Positions 60,696 to 64,000 of a DNA stretch of 64,000 bases are shown piece after piece (the stretch's first letter is position 1; every line of letters starts with the position of its first letter). Both the position numbers and the translations under genes were made by a program. A model generated the notes under the pieces. The model had not been told where the DNA came from. It ran no database searches and was given only the letters and a program-made list of their open reading frames with translations. The DNA lies in assembly GCA_963726545.1 (NCBI GenBank), contig CAVSCV010000008.1:61887-125886 (forward strand). The letters are read 5' to 3'. Origin of the DNA: an uncultured Acidimicrobiaceae bacterium. Lineage in GTDB: Bacteria; Actinomycetota; Acidimicrobiia; Acidimicrobiales; RAAP-2.

Positions 60696-61661
60696 ATGCA
60701 CACCCGACTCACCGATATGTTCGGGATCGAGCACCCCGTCATGCTCGCCGGCATGGGCGGCGTCTCCTACTCCGAGCTCGCCGCCGCCGTCTCGGCCGCG
60801 GGCGGGTTCGGCTGCCTCGGCGCGTCGACCATGGGCAACGAGACGATGGTGGCCGAAATGGCGGCGATCCGGGCCGCCACGGATCGGCCCTTCGGGGTCG
60901 ACCTGCTCACCGCGATGCCTGGCGGCATGACCGAGCAGGTCGAGATGATCATCGAGGGCGGCGCCTCGGCCTTCGTGGCCGGCCTGGGCGTGCCGACCGA
61001 GGTCGTCGATCTCTGTCACCGCCACGGCGTCTTCGTGGTCAGCATGTGCGGAAAGGTCGACCATGCGGTCCGCGCCGTGGAGGCGGGTTGCGACCTGGTC
61101 GTCGCACAAGGCACCGAGGCGGGCGGGCACACGGGGCAGGTGGCCTCGCTGCCCCTGATCCCGCAGATCGTCGACGCGGTCGGGGCCCGCGTCCCGGTGG
61201 TGGCGGCCGGAGGCATCTTCGACGGGCGCGGCTTGGCCGCGGCCCTGTCGCTGGGGGCCGACGGCGTCTGGGTCGGCACGCGGTTCATCGCCACGCCCGA
61301 GGCCCGCGGCGTGCTCGGGTACAAGGAGCGGCTGCTCTCGAGCCACGAGGACCAGACGACGGTCAGCCGCGCCTATTCGGGCAAGACGATGCGCGTCGTT
61401 CGCAACGCGTACACCGACTACTACGACGCCCACCCGACCGAACTCAAGAAGTTCCCCGAGCAGCTCGGCATTGCCTACAACAACGGGACCATGCACCTGG
61501 GCGGCGACTCCTTCACGGAGGGTGTCGACGTCGAGCGCGAGTGCTACCCGGCCGGGCAGGGCGTCGGTGGCATCGGCGAACTGGTGCCGGCGGGCGACCT
61601 CGTGCGTCGCTTCGTGGCCGAGGCCGAGGCAGCGCTCGACAAGGTCGCCGTCCTGCGCTGA
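60696..61661 (+). CDS. Nitronate monooxygenase / FMN-dependent NPD-family oxidoreductase
   Basis: FGIEHPVMLAGMGGVS, VAQGTEAGGH and GADGVWVGTRF motifs. Confidence 0.9.
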   Translation: MHTRLTDMFGIEHPVMLAGMGGVSYSELAAAVSAAGGFGCLGASTMGNETMVAEMAAIRAATDRPFGVDLLTAMPGGMTEQVEMIIEGGASAFVAGLGVPTEVVDLCHRHGVFVVSMCGKVDHAVRAVEAGCDLVVAQGTEAGGHTGQVASLPLIPQIVDAVGARVPVVAAGGIFDGRGLAAALSLGADGVWVGTRFIATPEARGVLGYKERLLSSHEDQTTVSRAYSGKTMRVVRNAYTDYYDAHPTELKKFPEQLGIAYNNGTMHLGGDSFTEGVDVERECYPAGQGVGGIGELVPAGDLVRRFVAEAEAALDKVAVLR

Positions 61662-61764
61662 CGACGTTGCGGTCAGCGGCTTCTGGTGGGGTGCCTTGGC
61701 AATGGCGGTTGCGCCTTTGGTTCGGTCGATCATGATGGTTGCCCACCAAAGAGCGGAGACGGTT

Positions 61765-62181
61765 ATGAAGCAGCGAGGATCGATGGCGCGGCGGGTGGCG
61801 ATTCTGGCTGCAGGGACGGCAATGGTCACCAGCCTCGGACTGGCGGGAGTCGACGCGGCATCGGCGGCGGCGCCGACGGCCAAGGTCACGTCGGGTGCGA
61901 CCTGGACCCTCGAAGTAACCGGAGGCTCTTGTTTGTCTGAGACCTTCAATACAGCGACCCACCGATTCACTTCGGCCACGACCAGCACCAAGGACAAGGG
62001 CACTTGGAGTGGGGGCGGGGGGACGATCGTCATGACCTGGACGAGGGGGCCGAACGAGGGACTCGCCTTCAAAGGCACCTGGACGACAACGCCGACCAAG
62101 GGGTACGAGGGCCAGGTGACCTTGAATTCTGCGCGTGACGGCGACGGATTGCTGGTGAAGGGAGTCGTTACCTGCGTCTGA
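61765..62181 (+). CDS. Secreted hypothetical protein (138 aa)
   Basis: ATG 61765 after GGAGA. Signal peptide RRVAILAAGTAMVTSLGLAGVDAASA. Thr/Gly-rich beta-type sequence with two Cys. Confidence 0.55.
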   Translation: MKQRGSMARRVAILAAGTAMVTSLGLAGVDAASAAAPTAKVTSGATWTLEVTGGSCLSETFNTATHRFTSATTSTKDKGTWSGGGGTIVMTWTRGPNEGLAFKGTWTTTPTKGYEGQVTLNSARDGDGLLVKGVVTCV

Positions 62182-62368
62182 GCGCCACCATGGCCGAACC
62201 GAGCGACCGCCCCCCGGATTCTTCATCGAGCTCATGGTGCTGGACCTTGGTGAATGGCCTCGACTCTGCCCAACTTCACGTCTACGCCGAGCTGTTCCGA
62301 ACTCGGCCGAGGCTTGCCGCGATGGCGGTGACGTCGTTGTCCGCCTAGACCTCGGCAACCGTCAAGAC

Positions 62369-62441
62369 AAGGCGCGAGCAGAGCGCCTTGCAGTCCTCCT
62401 GCGATCGAGCGACGCCGAGGCCAGCGCGCTCACGGCGCTGG
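62369..62441. terminator. Two 7-bp GC stem-loops between convergent genes (possible bidirectional terminators)
   Basis: AAGGCGC-GAGCAGA-GCGCCTT (62369-62389) and CCAGCGC-GCTCACG-GCGCTGG (62421-62441). The second overlaps the msrA stop. Confidence 0.25.
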
Positions 62442-63110
62442 CTGATCCTGATCCAAATGGCGGCTTGTGTCCGAGGTCACACAACTCACACCCGTTCCGC
62501 CCAGGCCGCAGTAGCCGCCCGGGTTCGCCGCCAGGTACTGCTGGTGGGAGGGCTCCGCATAGAAGAAGGCCACCGACGGCCTGATCTCCGTCGTGATCGC
62601 CCCGAAGCCTGCTTGGGAAAGGGACTCTTGGAAACGGGCCTCGACCTCCTTTGCCACCTGCGCCTGTTCGGGTGTCGTGGTGTAGATGGCGGAGCGGTAT
62701 TGGGTGCCGACGTCGTTTCCCTGGCGCATCCCCTGCGTGGGGTCATGACCTTCGAAGAAGGTGCGCACCAACTGCTCGTAACTGATCTCGGCCGGGTCGA
62801 AGACGACGAGCACGACCTCCGCGTGGCCCGTCCGGCCGCCGCAGACCTCCCGGTATGACGGGTTGGGAGTGAAGCCGCCGGCATAGCCGACCGCCGTCGT
62901 GTAGACGCCGGGCAGCGTCCAGAACAGGCGCTCGGCCCCCCAGAAGCAGCCCATCCCGAAGATGGCACGCTCCATCCCTTCGGGAAAGGGTGGCGTGATC
63001 GTCGTGCCGAGCACGAGGTGGGGCGCACGGACCGGCATCTGTTCCTCACGACCGGGCAGGGCCTGCTCGCCCGTGACCATCCGCTTCTTGTGCGAGGTGA
63101 ACAGTCCCAT
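62430..63110 (-). CDS. msrA: Peptide-methionine (S)-S-oxide reductase
   Basis: Near-collinear with E. coli MsrA as I remember it ([56 protein letters not shown]). ATG 63110 after GGAGG. Confidence 0.93.
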   Translation of the reverse strand: MGLFTSHKKRMVTGEQALPGREEQMPVRAPHLVLGTTITPPFPEGMERAIFGMGCFWGAERLFWTLPGVYTTAVGYAGGFTPNPSYREVCGGRTGHAEVVLVVFDPAEISYEQLVRTFFEGHDPTQGMRQGNDVGTQYRSAIYTTTPEQAQVAKEVEARFQESLSQAGFGAITTEIRPSVAFFYAEPSHQQYLAANPGGYCGLGGTGVSCVTSDTSRHLDQDQPAP

Positions 63111-63197
63111 GGCGCCTCCGCTCTCAGTCCCTCCTTTCAGTATGGGGAGGGCACGTCGATCCTCGTTCACGAATCGACAAATCGTTCCTGGCCAAGC

Positions 63198-63275
63198 GCA
63201 TATTTGTATTATTTAGCGTATTCTGTACCATCAGGGACCTATAGCGATATATCATTAACTATCCGAAACAATCGG
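63198..63275. promoter_or_regulatory. AT-rich divergent promoter region between msrA and the ferredoxin gene
   Basis: GCATATTTGTATTATTTAGCGTATTCTGTACC...ATAGCGATATATCATTAACTATCC. Contains the 8-bp palindrome GATATATC (63246-63253). It is the most AT-rich stretch I noticed in the window. Confidence 0.4.
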
Positions 63276-63316
63276 AAGCTGGGAGCAACCAGGAGCCCGC
63301 ACGAAGGAGGCCCCCG

Positions 63317-63715
63317 ATGGATCCGAACCAAGGACAGTCCACCTCTTTCGGCGACGAGCCGGTCCCGGCCACTGCAGCGCGCCGGACCAATCCGGCCAAG
63401 GTACGCCAGGCCCGGGCCAACCCGGACCGCCCCGGCGAGCGCTGCCGGGCCGACCCCGGGACCTGGGTGCCGGTGATCGATCTGACGCGCTGCGAAGGCA
63501 AACGTGACTGCACCGAGGTGTGCCCCTACGACGTGTTCGAGGTCACCCGGATCTCCAACGACGACTTTGCGTCGCTCGGCCTCATGGGCAAGGTGCGCAG
63601 CATGGCCCACAAGCGCCAGGCGGCCTACGCCGTGCGGGCGCAGGACTGCCATGCCTGCGGGCTCTGTGTCGTGGCCTGCCCCGAGCAGGCCATCAGGTTG
63701 AGTCCCGCCTTCTGA
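63317..63715 (+). CDS. Ferredoxin-domain protein (one 3Fe/4Fe-type and one canonical 4Fe-4S motif) with a basic N-terminal extension
   Basis: CEGKRDCTEVCP and CHACGLCVVACP motifs. ATG after GAAGGAGG. Confidence 0.8.
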   Translation: MDPNQGQSTSFGDEPVPATAARRTNPAKVRQARANPDRPGERCRADPGTWVPVIDLTRCEGKRDCTEVCPYDVFEVTRISNDDFASLGLMGKVRSMAHKRQAAYAVRAQDCHACGLCVVACPEQAIRLSPAF

Positions 63716-63775
63716 TCTCGGACGCACAACACACAACAACACCAACCAATTCTTTACGGAAAGGAAATACCCACA

Positions 63776-64000
63776 ATGGGAAACGGACACTCACACGATC
63801 AGGAACACACACACGAGCACGACGACGTGCACGGTCACATCCATGACCATCTGCATGAGCACTTCGGCCGAGGCATGCGGGGCGGACCCCGTGGCCGAGG
63901 CCGCTGGGCGGCCGAGCGCGGCAGCTGGGGTGGAGGCCGGCGCATGCGCCGGGGCGACATCCGCAAAGCCATGCTGGTTGCGCTCCGAGAGGGGCCGGCC
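63776..64000 (+). CDS. PadR-like transcriptional regulator with a His-rich N-terminus (partial, runs off the window)
   Basis: ATG 63776 after GGAAAGGAAA. MGNGHSHDQEHTHEHDDVHGHIHDHLHEHF, then Arg/Gly-rich, then RRGDIRKAMLVALREGP, which resembles the start of PadR winged helices. In frame to nt 64000. Confidence 0.55.
   Translation, partial: MGNGHSHDQEHTHEHDDVHGHIHDHLHEHFGRGMRGGPRGRGRWAAERGSWGGGRRMRRGDIRKAMLVALREGPA

Noticed and set aside
60666-62099. 477-aa minus-strand ORF
   Set aside because: Antisense to the nitronate monooxygenase and secreted-protein genes. No motifs.

Overview
High-GC (roughly 68-70%) chromosomal core segment of an Actinomycetota genome. Gene order hints at an Acidimicrobiia-like lineage, but that cannot be proven from the sequence alone. 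About 65 genes are recognisable. Left third: tyrS, a divergent carotenoid-oxygenase homologue, a DUF222/HNH (REP13E12-like) cassette, the menaquinone genes menD-menH-menA-menB-menE, an ECF41-type sigma factor paired with a carboxymuconolactone-decarboxylase (CMD) gene, and a lower-GC patch carrying a small secreted-peptide gene and a LuxR regulator. Middle: an SDR, a DUF255 thioredoxin-fold protein, dnaE, an RDD protein, the proteasome activator Bpa, Rrf2, a sigma-70 factor, then a long minus-strand block. That block runs rluD-lspA-dksA-like-divIVA-yggT-sepF-yggS, followed by the dcw cluster ftsZ-ftsQ-murB-murC-murG-ftsW-mraY-murE-ftsI-ftsL-rsmH-mraZ. Right: a ROK kinase, DUF3040, an acyl-CoA ligase, LMW-PTP, CapA, a Ca/Na antiporter, an MFS-MarR fusion, nitronate monooxygenase, msrA, a ferredoxin and a His-rich PadR (partial at the window edge). 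I saw no rRNA, tRNA, CRISPR array or transposase. Main observations: (1) at least eight genes, including dnaE, murC, murE and sepF, are split by single-base frame breaks. Assembly indel errors are the most economical explanation and this must be checked. (2) The dcw cluster lacks murD and murF and carries murB. (3) A DksA/TraR zinc-finger protein has a long histone-like PAKKA-repeat N-terminal tail. (4) There are several small accessory patches: the HNH cassette with SD-led micro-ORFs, a secreted peptide plus LuxR islet, and a ferredoxin plus His-rich PadR behind an AT-rich promoter. Many long ORFs in the track are antisense or out-of-frame shadows typical of high-GC DNA and were not called.
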